A DNA stretch of 64,000 nt, taken from NCBI GenBank assembly GCA_963719225.1, contig CAVRAY010000001.1, positions 192,001 to 256,000 on the forward strand, given 5' to 3'. The notes under the pieces were generated by a model. It had not been told where the DNA came from. It was given only the letters and a program-made list of their open reading frames with translations, and searched no databases. Positions 39,622-49,091 of this stretch are shown here, in pieces. Within the stretch, counting starts at the first letter, position 1; each line of letters opens with the position of its first letter. The position numbers were made by a program, and so were the translations under genes. Source of the stretch: Thermoanaerobaculia bacterium (GTDB lineage Bacteria > Acidobacteriota > Thermoanaerobaculia > UBA5066).

Positions 39622-40647
39622 TTGACGGCGCGCCTCCCGAAAACAGAGTCGCTCCCCCGCGCGCTCGGGCAATTTCTATTCGAAGAAAATCTTCTCTCCA
39701 AGGCCCGCGCGAGGCGCCTTCTCGAAACGCTCGTCGAGACGGTCCGCGCGCTGCGGGCTGCGGCTGTGGAGGTCGTCGCGCTGAAAGGCGCGGCCCTGGC
39801 GTTCTTCCATTATCCGGATCCTGCCCTCCGTCCGATGGGGGATCTCGACCTCCTGCTGCGCGACCCGCGTCAGCTCGGGCAGGCGACCGCCGTCCTCGTC
39901 GGAGGCGGCTGGATCGCTCTCTTCGACACACCGCGCCACCGCGTCTTCGCACGGCCCGGCGAGCGCGTCGCGCGGCCCGCCGCCGAGGATCCGGAGAACC
40001 CGATCCGGCTCGAGATCCACACGTCCTTTCGCCTGCCCGTGCTCGGCGGCCTCTACGACGCGAGTGCGGCGCTGCGCGCCCAGTCGGAAACACGGGATGT
40101 GGACGGCACGGCCGTCGCGATCGCGGCTGGTGCCGCGCTGGTGCCGCACCTCCTCTTCCACGCCGCCGAGGACTTCGCGGGAAACGGGATCCGGGGGATC
40201 CAGGCGTACGACTTCCGCCTCCTCGCGCGGGCGGGCGGCGCTCTCGCGCCGGAGATTTCTGCGAATGAAAGATCGGGCGGAAGTCGCCGAGGAGCCGCCC
40301 CACTGCTGTATGCGGCGGACGCGATCGAGCGTCTCTTCCCTCTTACTTTCAAAGAAGTCTTTCTTTCTTCTCTCTCCTCTAACGTCAATCCGGCCCTGCG
40401 CGCGCGCGCAGCAGCGCTGCCGGCGCTGCGTTATTCGCGCCCCGCGCGCGGCTGGACGCGGGTGCTCCTGTCGCTCGTGGAGGGTCCCGTTCCGCGCGCG
40501 CGTTTTCTCATGCGCACGCTCTTTCCGACGCTGGGCGAAGTGAAGGCGAATGCGGCACCGGACGCGACGGGGTTGGCGCTCGCCGCGGCCTGGGTGCGCG
40601 TCCTCCTCGGCCGCGCCGGCCTTCGACGCCGCCGAGGGCCGCGATGA
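39622..40647 (+). CDS. Nucleotidyltransferase family protein (NTP_transf_5-like); true start probably further upstream
   Basis: LKGAAL...YPDPALRPMGDLDLL, LEIH, HLLFH; frame open back to 39415. Confidence 0.8.
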   Translation: MTARLPKTESLPRALGQFLFEENLLSKARARRLLETLVETVRALRAAAVEVVALKGAALAFFHYPDPALRPMGDLDLLLRDPRQLGQATAVLVGGGWIALFDTPRHRVFARPGERVARPAAEDPENPIRLEIHTSFRLPVLGGLYDASAALRAQSETRDVDGTAVAIAAGAALVPHLLFHAAEDFAGNGIRGIQAYDFRLLARAGGALAPEISANERSGGSRRGAAPLLYAADAIERLFPLTFKEVFLSSLSSNVNPALRARAAALPALRYSRPARGWTRVLLSLVEGPVPRARFLMRTLFPTLGEVKANAAPDATGLALAAAWVRVLLGRAGLRRRRGPR

Positions 40648-42668
40648 AGGGGTCGGTCGGCATCGTCGCCCGCGCCGCACTCGCGGGAGCGCTCGCGATG
40701 ACGGCCTTCGGAATCGTCGAGATCTGGTTCACGGAGCTCTCCGTTTGGGCTTTTCACCGGGGCGCCTTCGCGCCGCTCGAGCGCCCCTTCGCCGCGGTGC
40801 TCTTCCTCCTCTATCCGCTCCTGGGAGCGCTGGCGGCGTCCTTCGCCGCGGCAGCCGCGGGAGCTGCGGGAGTCGCCCTCCAGGGCCGTGCGCTCGGCGC
40901 GCTCGTCGTCCTCGTCGTCCACTTCGTCTTCCGCCTTCCGGCGTACGCGGGCGGCTCCCAGGTCCTTCTTTTCGGGTTGAACGCCATCCTTTTCGGGACC
41001 TCCCTCGCGGCGACCGTGTTCCCGCGTGCGCCGCGCGCGCTCGATGTCTTCACGGGCCCCTGGACGGTCGCGCTGCTTCTCGGCGCCCCGCCCTGGGTGA
41101 TGACCGAGCTCCTCGCGGAGGCGTCCCGGCCCGTGCGTGCGCTCGGATTCGCGACGACGGTCTGCGCCGTCGCCGGGTCCGCTCTCGCGGCTGCGCGCGT
41201 CAACCCCCGTCCCCGGGTCTTCGCCGGGGCGAGCGCGGCCGCCGTGCTGGTGACGCTCGGCGCCGTCTTCGTCGCCGATTCCGGCGCTCCGCGGCAGGCC
41301 GCGGAGACGGGCGCGGCGGTCCCGCGCGGGCCGAACGTCCTTCTCGTGGTCCTCGACACCGTGCGCGCGGACCACCTCTCGCTCTACGGATATCCGCGCA
41401 AGACGATGCCGCATCTCGAGCGCTTCGCGGCGACGGCAACCGTATACACGCGGGCGATCGCGCCGTCGAACATGACGCTCGCGACGCACGCGTCTCTTTT
41501 CACGGGTCTCGCCGCGAGCGAGCACCGTGCGCATTACGACGCGGGACGCCCGGCCGGGCGGCCGCTCGGTACCTCCATGCCCACGCTCGCCGAGAACTTC
41601 GCGAAGAAGGGCTATGACGTGAGCAGCGTGGCCGGGAACTACGGCTTTCTGGGATCTGGCTTCGGCCTGGACCGCGGCTTTTCCTGGAACGATGCACGGG
41701 CACGGCGGAGCACGCTGGGGGTGATCCCCGCGGTCTCGGTCCGCGGCGCGTTCCGCCGGTTCCTTTGCCGGACGCTCGGGCTGTGGCCCGAGAGCGACAC
41801 GCGCGCCCGCGGCGCGGACGAGATCACAGATCTCGCCATCGGCCGGATCGACCGCGCGAAGACCCTCGGCAGCCCGTACTTCCTCTTCGTGAACTACTTC
41901 GACGCGCACGAACGCGTCCTCGTCCCTCCTCCGTGGGCCGGATCCTTCTCCTCGCGAGACGCGCGTCCGACTGGGCCGCTCTTCGAGGCGCGGCTCCGCG
42001 AGATGAACGCCACCGGCCGCGTCTCGATCGATTCCCGAGACCGCGAAGATCTCGTCGCCCGATACGACGAGACCCTCGCTTACCTCGACGCGTCGCTCGA
42101 CCGCCTCCTCGCGCACGCGGCCGGGTCGGACGGACAGGCGGATACGCGGATCGTCGTGACCTCGGACCACGGGGAGGCCCTGGGGGGGCATGACGCGATC
42201 GGCCACGGCTCGAGTCTCTATGACGAGCAGGTGCGTGTGCCCCTCGTCGTGCGCCAGCCCCGTCAGGCGAGCGGGCGCGTGATCGGGGAGCCCATCGGGA
42301 TCGCGGGCGTCTACGAATTCCTTTCGGGCGGATCGCCTGAAGTGCGTGTGGAGGACCCCGTCGTGTCCGAGTCCTTCCCTCTCGTCCCGACGCCCGAGAA
42401 GCCCGGCGTGCGTGGCGGTCGCGCGCTCTTCTCGGGGCCGCACGTCTATGTCCGGGGGATCGACGGGCGCGTCGAGCTCTACGACATGCGCGAGGATCCG
42501 GGCGAGTTGCGGGATCTCTCGGCCGTTCCCGACTTTCGAGGCGCCGTGGCTGGCGCATCAACCCGTCTCGACCGCTGGATTGCGGCCCATCCTCCGCAGC
42601 GCGCGCCCGAGACGCGCGAGAGCCGCGAGGACCGGGCGCGGCTTCGCGCGCTGGGATACCTGCGATGA
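40644..42668 (+). CDS. Membrane-anchored sulfatase/alkaline-phosphatase-superfamily enzyme
   Basis: Several N-terminal TM helices; PNVLLVVLDTVRAD, TLATHASLFTG, NYFDAH, YDE...LD, TSDHGE, VPLVV, ELYD..DPGE, LRALGY. Confidence 0.85.
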   Translation: MKGSVGIVARAALAGALAMTAFGIVEIWFTELSVWAFHRGAFAPLERPFAAVLFLLYPLLGALAASFAAAAAGAAGVALQGRALGALVVLVVHFVFRLPAYAGGSQVLLFGLNAILFGTSLAATVFPRAPRALDVFTGPWTVALLLGAPPWVMTELLAEASRPVRALGFATTVCAVAGSALAAARVNPRPRVFAGASAAAVLVTLGAVFVADSGAPRQAAETGAAVPRGPNVLLVVLDTVRADHLSLYGYPRKTMPHLERFAATATVYTRAIAPSNMTLATHASLFTGLAASEHRAHYDAGRPAGRPLGTSMPTLAENFAKKGYDVSSVAGNYGFLGSGFGLDRGFSWNDARARRSTLGVIPAVSVRGAFRRFLCRTLGLWPESDTRARGADEITDLAIGRIDRAKTLGSPYFLFVNYFDAHERVLVPPPWAGSFSSRDARPTGPLFEARLREMNATGRVSIDSRDREDLVARYDETLAYLDASLDRLLAHAAGSDGQADTRIVVTSDHGEALGGHDAIGHGSSLYDEQVRVPLVVRQPRQASGRVIGEPIGIAGVYEFLSGGSPEVRVEDPVVSESFPLVPTPEKPGVRGGRALFSGPHVYVRGIDGRVELYDMREDPGELRDLSAVPDFRGAVAGASTRLDRWIAAHPPQRAPETRESREDRARLRALGYLR

Positions 42669-42961
42669 CGGAGCAGCGTGTCCTCGCGCGCGGCGAGGTG
42701 CACGTGAACGAGCGCTTCGGCCCGGACGTCGTCAACCGCGGCGCGCTCCTCTACTCGTGTGAATGGGACGGCGGCGTTTTCGAGTCCGGAGTGATGTGGG
42801 GCGGTCTGTTCAGGTCGGGCCGATTTCTCGGCGGCGCGTTCTGGGGAGGATGGTGGCTCGGCGGCGCGTGGGAAGGCGGCTTCTGGCACAGCGGTTTCGG
42901 GCCTGACGGGCGCTATCTTTCGCGCGACGACGCCCCGGTTCCGCGGAGCGGAAGCGCGTGA
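42665..42961 (+). CDS. Small Gly/aromatic pentapeptide-repeat protein A
   Basis: Coupled to both neighbours (ATGA, GTGA); 9 units of [W/F/M]-x-[G/S]-G-x; paralogue at 44865-45146. Confidence 0.8.
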   Translation: MTEQRVLARGEVHVNERFGPDVVNRGALLYSCEWDGGVFESGVMWGGLFRSGRFLGGAFWGGWWLGGAWEGGFWHSGFGPDGRYLSRDDAPVPRSGSA

Positions 42962-43833
42962 CGAGTGTCCTCACCGTCTTCACGGCTTCGGCGCGGCTCG
43001 ACCTCGCGCGCCTCTGGCTGGCCTGCGTGACACGGGCCTTCCCTCGAGGCGAGGTCGTCGTCGAGATCTTCGACGACTCGAAGGACGGCGTTCTGACGCC
43101 GGGCCTTCTCCCGGACGCCGCCGTCCTTCGTCCCGGTCCCTCGCGTCGCGACTTTCAGGAGGCCTACAACGACGCGCTCCAACGCGCGTCGACTCCGTTC
43201 CTCGTCCTCCTCGACACGGACGCGTTCGCGACCTCGGCCCACGTCTGGCCGGCGGTGCGCGAGCGTTTCGCGGACGAAGGCGTCGCCGCCGTCTCGTGCG
43301 CGCCGCGAACGGCGACGCCGGGACACGACACGGTCGCCCTCGTGCTGAGGGTGTCGGCCTATCGCGCGGCGCTCGCGGACGTGCCCGGCGGCTTTCTTCC
43401 ACGCGCCGACCGGCCGGAGCCCGGCAGCCCCCCGGGGCGCTGGTCCGGCCACGACACGGGAGACCTTCTCACGCGCGCCGTCTGTGAGTCGGGGGGGAAG
43501 CACGAGGTCCTCCATCTCGAGGAGGCCGGTTCCTTCGTGCGTTTCGACGCTCTCACGAACGTGCACCTCCTCGCCATCTGGGCCGGCGCCAATCCGCTCC
43601 TTTCGCTGGTGCGGCGTGACGCCTATTTTCGGGAGGGGTGTCTCGGGAACCTCGCACTCAGGCCGATTTACGAAAGGAGGTTTCCCGAAGGGCCGCCCTT
43701 CGCGTTCGGCCTCTCCCGCGCGATGCTCTGGACGGCGCTCGCGTCCGGCGGCCTCGCCACGCTGCGCGACGGAATGAAGCGGGCACGGCGGATGCGCGCC
43801 GGCGCCCGGCGCGTCGAGGAGTTCCTGCGCTGA
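42958..43833 (+). CDS. GT-A/GT2-like glycosyltransferase A
   Basis: DLARLW, AYNDAL..A.TPFLVLLDTD (DxD), VAAVS, DTGD; paralogous to 43843-44868. Confidence 0.6.
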   Translation: MTSVLTVFTASARLDLARLWLACVTRAFPRGEVVVEIFDDSKDGVLTPGLLPDAAVLRPGPSRRDFQEAYNDALQRASTPFLVLLDTDAFATSAHVWPAVRERFADEGVAAVSCAPRTATPGHDTVALVLRVSAYRAALADVPGGFLPRADRPEPGSPPGRWSGHDTGDLLTRAVCESGGKHEVLHLEEAGSFVRFDALTNVHLLAIWAGANPLLSLVRRDAYFREGCLGNLALRPIYERRFPEGPPFAFGLSRAMLWTALASGGLATLRDGMKRARRMRAGARRVEEFLR

Positions 43834-43842
43834 AGAAAGGCG

Positions 43843-44868
43843 TCAGTCGCGGCGGCCGAAGAGGCGCCGCGCCGCGGCCCATGCGTGCGCTTCGAGGATG
43901 CGTCGCGGCGGGAGGACGCGCGGAATGCGCAGGGCGCCCGGCGTGAGCCCCTCCTGGGCGGCGAGCCGGGCGAGCGCGCGGTCGGACCTCTCGAAAGTGG
44001 CGACGAGGCGGGCGAGGAGCGTCCGGTCGCGGATCGTCGCGAACGCCGCGCGCAGCACCTCGGGAGTCGCGCTTCCCGAAAGGTGCGTGTCGCTGTACGG
44101 GGCCGAAAAGAGCGCGGGTTGACGGGCCGCCGCAAACGGCGCGCCGAAGACCTTTCGATAGAGGGATCCGAGAAGGAGATTGTCGTACGCCCCCATCGCG
44201 AAGTACGGCTTCTCGGCGAAGAGCTGGTCGAAGCGCGGTCCGAGGAGGTCGCCGAAGACCTCGCGCGAGGCGCGCACGACGGTCGTGCCGTGAAAGTCCG
44301 CGAGGCGCGAGGCGGCGACGTCGGGCGCCACCTCGACGATCACCTTGCCGCGCGCGCGCAAGGCGATCGCCGCGCGGTCCCCCGGCTGACGGTTGATCGC
44401 GTGCGGCCACCGTTCGATCCCTTCGTAGGAGGGCGCGAGGACGGGCGCCGGAAGAGCGCGGTAGGTCTCGCGCCGCGCGAGAAGCGCGAAGACGCCGGGC
44501 TGGTCGGTGCGGCGGACCAGAGAGACTCCCGCGACCGTGGGGTCCTCGAAGTGGCCGAGGAGGGAGGCGACCCAGCCCCCGTCGAGGATGAAGACGTCCG
44601 CGTCGAGAAGAAAGAGAACGTCGCACGGCCGCTCGAGCGCGAGGTCGTAGAAGGCGATGAAGTCGAGAGCCTCGAGAGAGGGCGCGAGGAGCGTCGCTCC
44701 GGGAAAGAACCTCGGCTCGAAGCCCTCGGGCGTCGTGTCGCGGAAGAGAAGGACTTCCACCTGGGCCCCGACGCGTTTCAGCGCGGGAAGGAGGTCCCGC
44801 GCTACGGACCGGAACCAGAGACGGGCGAGATCCGGATACCGGTGCGCGGAGGCGACGACGACCTTCAA
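43843..44868 (-). CDS. GT-A/GT2-like glycosyltransferase B
   Basis: TTG start overlapping upstream stop; DLARLW, FYDLAL...DVLFLLDADVF (DxD), VAGVS, PGD. Confidence 0.6.
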   Translation of the reverse strand: MKVVVASAHRYPDLARLWFRSVARDLLPALKRVGAQVEVLLFRDTTPEGFEPRFFPGATLLAPSLEALDFIAFYDLALERPCDVLFLLDADVFILDGGWVASLLGHFEDPTVAGVSLVRRTDQPGVFALLARRETYRALPAPVLAPSYEGIERWPHAINRQPGDRAAIALRARGKVIVEVAPDVAASRLADFHGTTVVRASREVFGDLLGPRFDQLFAEKPYFAMGAYDNLLLGSLYRKVFGAPFAAARQPALFSAPYSDTHLSGSATPEVLRAAFATIRDRTLLARLVATFERSDRALARLAAQEGLTPGALRIPRVLPPRRILEAHAWAAARRLFGRRD

Positions 44869-45146
44869 GGATGCACGGTGCGGGGGTGGTATTTCCCGTC
44901 GGGACCGAAGCCGTGCTCCCAGTCGCCGCCCTGCCAGTCACCGCCCAGCCACACGCCGCCCCAGAACACGCCGCCTCGAAACGTGCCGGACCGGAAGAGC
45001 CCGCCCAGCATGACGCCCGATTCGAAGACGCCCCCGTCCCACGTGCACTCGAGGAGGACGGCGCCGCGGTTCACCGTCGCGTGGCCGAACGACGTCTTGT
45101 GGTGAAACTCGCCTTCCTGGAGAACGAGAACGGGCGCGTCGGGCAT
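44865..45146 (-). CDS. Small Gly/aromatic pentapeptide-repeat protein B
   Basis: Starts 1 nt after amidohydrolase stop; shares VNRGA, C.WDGGVFESGVM.GGLFRSG, FWGG.WLGG, GFGPDG.Y with protein A. Confidence 0.8.
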   Translation of the reverse strand: MPDAPVLVLQEGEFHHKTSFGHATVNRGAVLLECTWDGGVFESGVMLGGLFRSGTFRGGVFWGGVWLGGDWQGGDWEHGFGPDGKYHPRTVHP

Positions 45147-45147
45147 G

Positions 45148-46227
45148 TCACGCGATGATACGGCGCAGGTCCGGCACGAGGCGGAAAGCCTTCTCTGCGA
45201 TCGACGCGAGCGGTGAGATCACGTGCTTCGTCACGCCTCCGACGGTGAGCGCCTCCGCGGGAATTCCCGCCGCGTCGAAAACCGCCGCATGCCTCTCGTC
45301 CGCGAGAACCGGACGCCCTTCCACGAGGACGAGCAGGACATCCCGCGGCGCGGCTTCGAGGAGCGGCGCGTCGAGGGCGACGACGTCCGCGCGCGAGCCC
45401 GGCTCGAGGGACGCGGGGGGAAGGAAGAGCCGCCGTCTCGCCGTGGCTCCGACCGCTTCCTCGAGCCGCGCGTCCTCGAGGAAGCCGAGCGCGCGCGCGG
45501 CGCGCAGCTCGTCGAGCAGGGTCCCTTCGCCGCTGACGAGGGCGTCGGTCCCGAGGAGCACGTCGATTCCCGACGTGAAGAGAGCCTGCGGCGCCGTCCT
45601 TCCGTAGAGGAAACCGTTCGAGGTCGGACACCACACGGCGGCGCAGCCGGCGGCCGAGAGCCGGACGACTCCCGCCGGGGAGGCGCCCACGAGATGGACC
45701 GCGACCAGCCGGTCCGAGAGAAGGCCGCGCCGCGCCGCCTCGTCGATCTCGGAAGCCGATCCTTCGTCGGTTCCTTCCGCTAGGTGAAGCGCCCAGGGGC
45801 CCGCGGCGGGAGGAGAGTCGGCATCTTCGAGGGCGTCGACCGCGGGGATGGGCACGACCTTGACGGGGAAGTCCCGGTCGAATTCCGCCTCCCACGGGTC
45901 GTGGTGGACGACCGAGATCGCGCCGCCGAGGATGTTCTTGAGCGCCCCGAAGAGCAACGCGTCCCGTCTGGGCAGCAGTTTCCGGCGCTCGAGATCGTGG
46001 GCGAAGCGCTCGTGGAGATCCGTCCCCCATGCGGCGGCGCTCGCATAGGGCGGCGCGCCGAGCCGCGGGAGGTGATTGCGGTGGAGGTGGTCGTGCGCAT
46101 TCACGAGCCCCGGAAGAAGAACGGCGCCTCCGAGATCGAGCGTGAGGTCGGCGGTACCGCCGGCTGCCCGGAGCCCTCCTTCGGCGACGTCCAACGTCGC
46201 GTTTTTCGCCTCGAGGCGCAACCTCAT
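45148..46227 (-). CDS. Metal-dependent amidohydrolase
   Basis: LPGLVNAHDHL, LHLAEG, VHLV, WCPTSN, LGTD; ATG overlaps upstream stop. Confidence 0.88.
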   Translation of the reverse strand: MRLRLEAKNATLDVAEGGLRAAGGTADLTLDLGGAVLLPGLVNAHDHLHRNHLPRLGAPPYASAAAWGTDLHERFAHDLERRKLLPRRDALLFGALKNILGGAISVVHHDPWEAEFDRDFPVKVVPIPAVDALEDADSPPAAGPWALHLAEGTDEGSASEIDEAARRGLLSDRLVAVHLVGASPAGVVRLSAAGCAAVWCPTSNGFLYGRTAPQALFTSGIDVLLGTDALVSGEGTLLDELRAARALGFLEDARLEEAVGATARRRLFLPPASLEPGSRADVVALDAPLLEAAPRDVLLVLVEGRPVLADERHAAVFDAAGIPAEALTVGGVTKHVISPLASIAEKAFRLVPDLRRIIA

Positions 46228-46910
46228 TTCGAGAAGCGCAACGCGAGGAGCAGCGGCAGGCCCAGGTCCGCGGCGTACCGGTCGAGCTTCTTCGCACGCT
46301 CGTAGAAGGGCCGCACCTCCACGCCCACGCCAAGCGAGCCCGCCGCGTCGAAGGTGAGCCCCGCCTCCCGCGCGGCGGCTTCGTGGGCGTCCGCGTCGTG
46401 CACGACGTGCTCGACGACGTGCGCGGCTCCGGAAGCGTCGCGAAAGGCGCGCGCGTGCCCGCGACGGATGGCGTCCGGGTGGAAGTCCGTCAGGACGGCA
46501 TATCCGCCCTTGCGAAGGACGCGCGCGAGCTCGCGGTACAGCGGCGCGATGTTCAGGAGGTGCCCGACCGCGAGCCGGCACCACACCACGTCGAAGCGCT
46601 CGGCGGCGAAAGGCAGGGCCCTGAGGTCGCCGCCGGCGGTCGTGCGCGGCCGCGCGGGATCCCGGCGTCCCGCCGCGAGCATCTCGAAGACCAGGTCCAC
46701 CCCGCAGGCGCTCTTCGGAGTCTGCCCCTTCGGGAAGACGAGCCGGCGCGCCGTGCCGCAGGCCGCGTCGAGAAGGCTCTTCCCCTGAATGTCGTGCGAG
46801 AAGAACCGGACGGCGAGCGAGTCCATCGTCGTCAGGGGGTTTTCCACGTCGTACGTCGCCGCCCACAGCCGATACGCGGACGCCGTCCCGAGCGGAGGCT
46901 CGGCGCTCAC
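46224..46910 (-). CDS. Class I SAM-dependent methyltransferase (BioC-like)
   Basis: AY.LWA.TYD, LLDAACGT, LPF....FD, ELARVLRKGG, DFHP. Confidence 0.85.
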   Translation of the reverse strand: MSAEPPLGTASAYRLWAATYDVENPLTTMDSLAVRFFSHDIQGKSLLDAACGTARRLVFPKGQTPKSACGVDLVFEMLAAGRRDPARPRTTAGGDLRALPFAAERFDVVWCRLAVGHLLNIAPLYRELARVLRKGGYAVLTDFHPDAIRRGHARAFRDASGAAHVVEHVVHDADAHEAAAREAGLTFDAAGSLGVGVEVRPFYERAKKLDRYAADLGLPLLLALRFSK

Positions 46911-48274
46911 GCGGGCGGCCTCAGGTGTCCATAGGCCTGTGAATCCGCAGGCACGAGCCCTCCCTTGAGCCGCCGCGCGAAGTCTTCCACACGATCCTTG
47001 AGAGGACGTGACAGCCACGGCACGCGCGGGTCCTCGTGCGTCATCCAGCCGACCCACTCGGGCGTCGTCCATTCCTCGAGGGTCGCGGGCGTGGTCGAGA
47101 GCGGGTCGACGTTTCCATAGGTCGCGCGGCGTTGGGGAGTCGGCGTGTAGAAATACGTGATGAGCTTCATGTCCGGATTCACGGCTGCCAGCTTCTCGAC
47201 GAACGCGAGAGTGGTCTCGACGTCCCGTCCGGGCTCGTCGGGATCGCCGAACATGAACGAGAACTCGGGAACGATGCCGAAGCGGCGGGACTTCTCCGCG
47301 AGGGCGAGCGTCTGGACGGTCGTGAGGTTCTTCGACATCTTCCTGAGAGTCTCGTCGGAGCCGGACTCGGCGCCGAAGTAGGCCATTGTGAGGCCAGAAC
47401 TCCGGAGAGCTTCCCACGTCCGGTCGGAGAATCGCAGCATCACGTCGATCCGGGCCTCGCACCACCACTTCAGCCCGAGCGGCGTCATCCTCTCGGCGAG
47501 CTCCAGGGCGCGGGACTCCTTGAGAAAGAAATTGTTGTCGTAGAAATGCACGGCGTCCATGCCGTGGCGCTTCACGAGGTACGCGAGGTTCTCCTCGATG
47601 CGCGCGGGCGACTCGAATTTCTGAAGGCTTCCGAGCGCCGCGATGACGCCGCAGAAGTTGCAGGTGTACGGGCAGCCGATCGAGGCCTGGTAAACCCCGT
47701 TTCGTTTCCCGAAAGCAGTCGGCTGGAGGTAGTCGTCGACGTCGATCCGGGTCCACGGCAGGGCCGGGAACGCGTCCGGGCCTTCCCAGGCGCGCTCCGG
47801 GTTGAGCCGCGCCTCGCCTCTCTCCTTCCAGCCGAGGCCCTGGACGGCGGCGGGGTCGAGACGTCCCGCCAGGACATCGAGCAGCTCGACGAGCGTGCGC
47901 TCGCCCTGGCCGCGCACGAGGAAGTCGACGTAAGACGCGCGCAGCACGGGGGCGGGGTAGAGACTCGGGAAATAGCCGCCCCAGACGATCGGGAGCATCG
48001 GGAAGCGCTCCTTGAGCCGTCGCGCGAGCGGCGCGGCCGAGACGAGCTGCGGCCCCGGCATGACGGTCATCGCGACGAGCGACACGGGATCGTCCGTGAG
48101 CGCGCGCATCCCGACGCAGGTCGCGACCGCCGCCTCGAGGTCGGAGTCCGGCGGGTTGCCGTCGAGGATCTCCCACGAGACGCCGGAAGGCAGAGCGGCG
48201 CCGAGCGTGAGGAGAGAGAGCGGGAAGCGCCGGTTTTTCGGGCGCGTGGCGCGGGGGTTGAGGAGGAGGATCAC
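46907..48274 (-). CDS. B12-binding radical SAM enzyme
   Basis: N-terminal cobalamin domain (PLSL..L, IVWGG.FP, VRGQGE); CPYTCNFC; FYDNNF; FGAESGS. Confidence 0.9.
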   Translation of the reverse strand: MILLLNPRATRPKNRRFPLSLLTLGAALPSGVSWEILDGNPPDSDLEAAVATCVGMRALTDDPVSLVAMTVMPGPQLVSAAPLARRLKERFPMLPIVWGGYFPSLYPAPVLRASYVDFLVRGQGERTLVELLDVLAGRLDPAAVQGLGWKERGEARLNPERAWEGPDAFPALPWTRIDVDDYLQPTAFGKRNGVYQASIGCPYTCNFCGVIAALGSLQKFESPARIEENLAYLVKRHGMDAVHFYDNNFFLKESRALELAERMTPLGLKWWCEARIDVMLRFSDRTWEALRSSGLTMAYFGAESGSDETLRKMSKNLTTVQTLALAEKSRRFGIVPEFSFMFGDPDEPGRDVETTLAFVEKLAAVNPDMKLITYFYTPTPQRRATYGNVDPLSTTPATLEEWTTPEWVGWMTHEDPRVPWLSRPLKDRVEDFARRLKGGLVPADSQAYGHLRPPA

Positions 48275-48281
48275 GCGCGCC

Positions 48282-49091
48282 TCACGCTCTCCGCGCCACC
48301 CACAGGTCGAAGCGCGAGGGCTCCCGCCTTCCGAGGAGACGGGCCCTGAATCCCCGGGTTTCGTAGGCGAGCGGATAGCGGACGCGGCTCTTCTCGAACG
48401 ACAGCCCTGCGGGCGCGGCGGCGCGAACGAGGATTTCCGGCGTGAGGTATTCGACCGGCTGAAGCGCGAGAAGATCCGCCGCGAGGTCGCGAAAGATCCG
48501 CTCCGTGTCGCGCTTCTTCTCCTCGGCCATGGCCTCCCCCGACGCGGACCGCGCGTAGAAAGGAGAATCGAGTATAGCCACGCGTCCGCCCGGGACGGAG
48601 GCGCGCGCGGCCTCCCCCAGAACGCTTCCGAGATCCTCGGCGAGGTGCAGAGATGCGTCGAAGACCACGAGGTCGAAGACCGCGTCGGGGAAGGGAAGCG
48701 CGTCGAAGGACCCGGAGACGCGGCCGAACATGCGCGGCAGATGCCGCCGGAACGCCGCGCCCGCGGCGAGACCATCGACGTCGTCGATCCGCAGGTCGAC
48801 GGCGACGCACCGGTGCCCGTCGCGGCCGAGGCGCGCGCACAGCCAGCCGTTTCCCGCGCCGAGGTCGAGAACCGCGAGCGCGCGGCCGCGCTCCTTCGCG
48901 AGCGGCGCGACGACGCGGCTCCTCAAGGCCTCGAACGTGCGGGCACGAACCGCCCACTGGTCGGCGAGGGGGCCCGCGGTCACGTACGGCAACGCGAGGA
49001 GCTCGGCTTCTCCCCCCGCGCCACGGCCTTCCGTGCGCCTCAGTTGCGCGTAGGCGCGGGCCCACCGTCGCCGGGAAGATTCGGCGTTCAT
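48282..49091 (-). CDS. Class I SAM-dependent methyltransferase
   Basis: VLDLGAGNGW, AVD, LPFPDAVFDLV, SLH, PGG..ILDSPFY. Confidence 0.85.
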   Translation of the reverse strand: MNAESSRRRWARAYAQLRRTEGRGAGGEAELLALPYVTAGPLADQWAVRARTFEALRSRVVAPLAKERGRALAVLDLGAGNGWLCARLGRDGHRCVAVDLRIDDVDGLAAGAAFRRHLPRMFGRVSGSFDALPFPDAVFDLVVFDASLHLAEDLGSVLGEAARASVPGGRVAILDSPFYARSASGEAMAEEKKRDTERIFRDLAADLLALQPVEYLTPEILVRAAAPAGLSFEKSRVRYPLAYETRGFRARLLGRREPSRFDLWVARRA

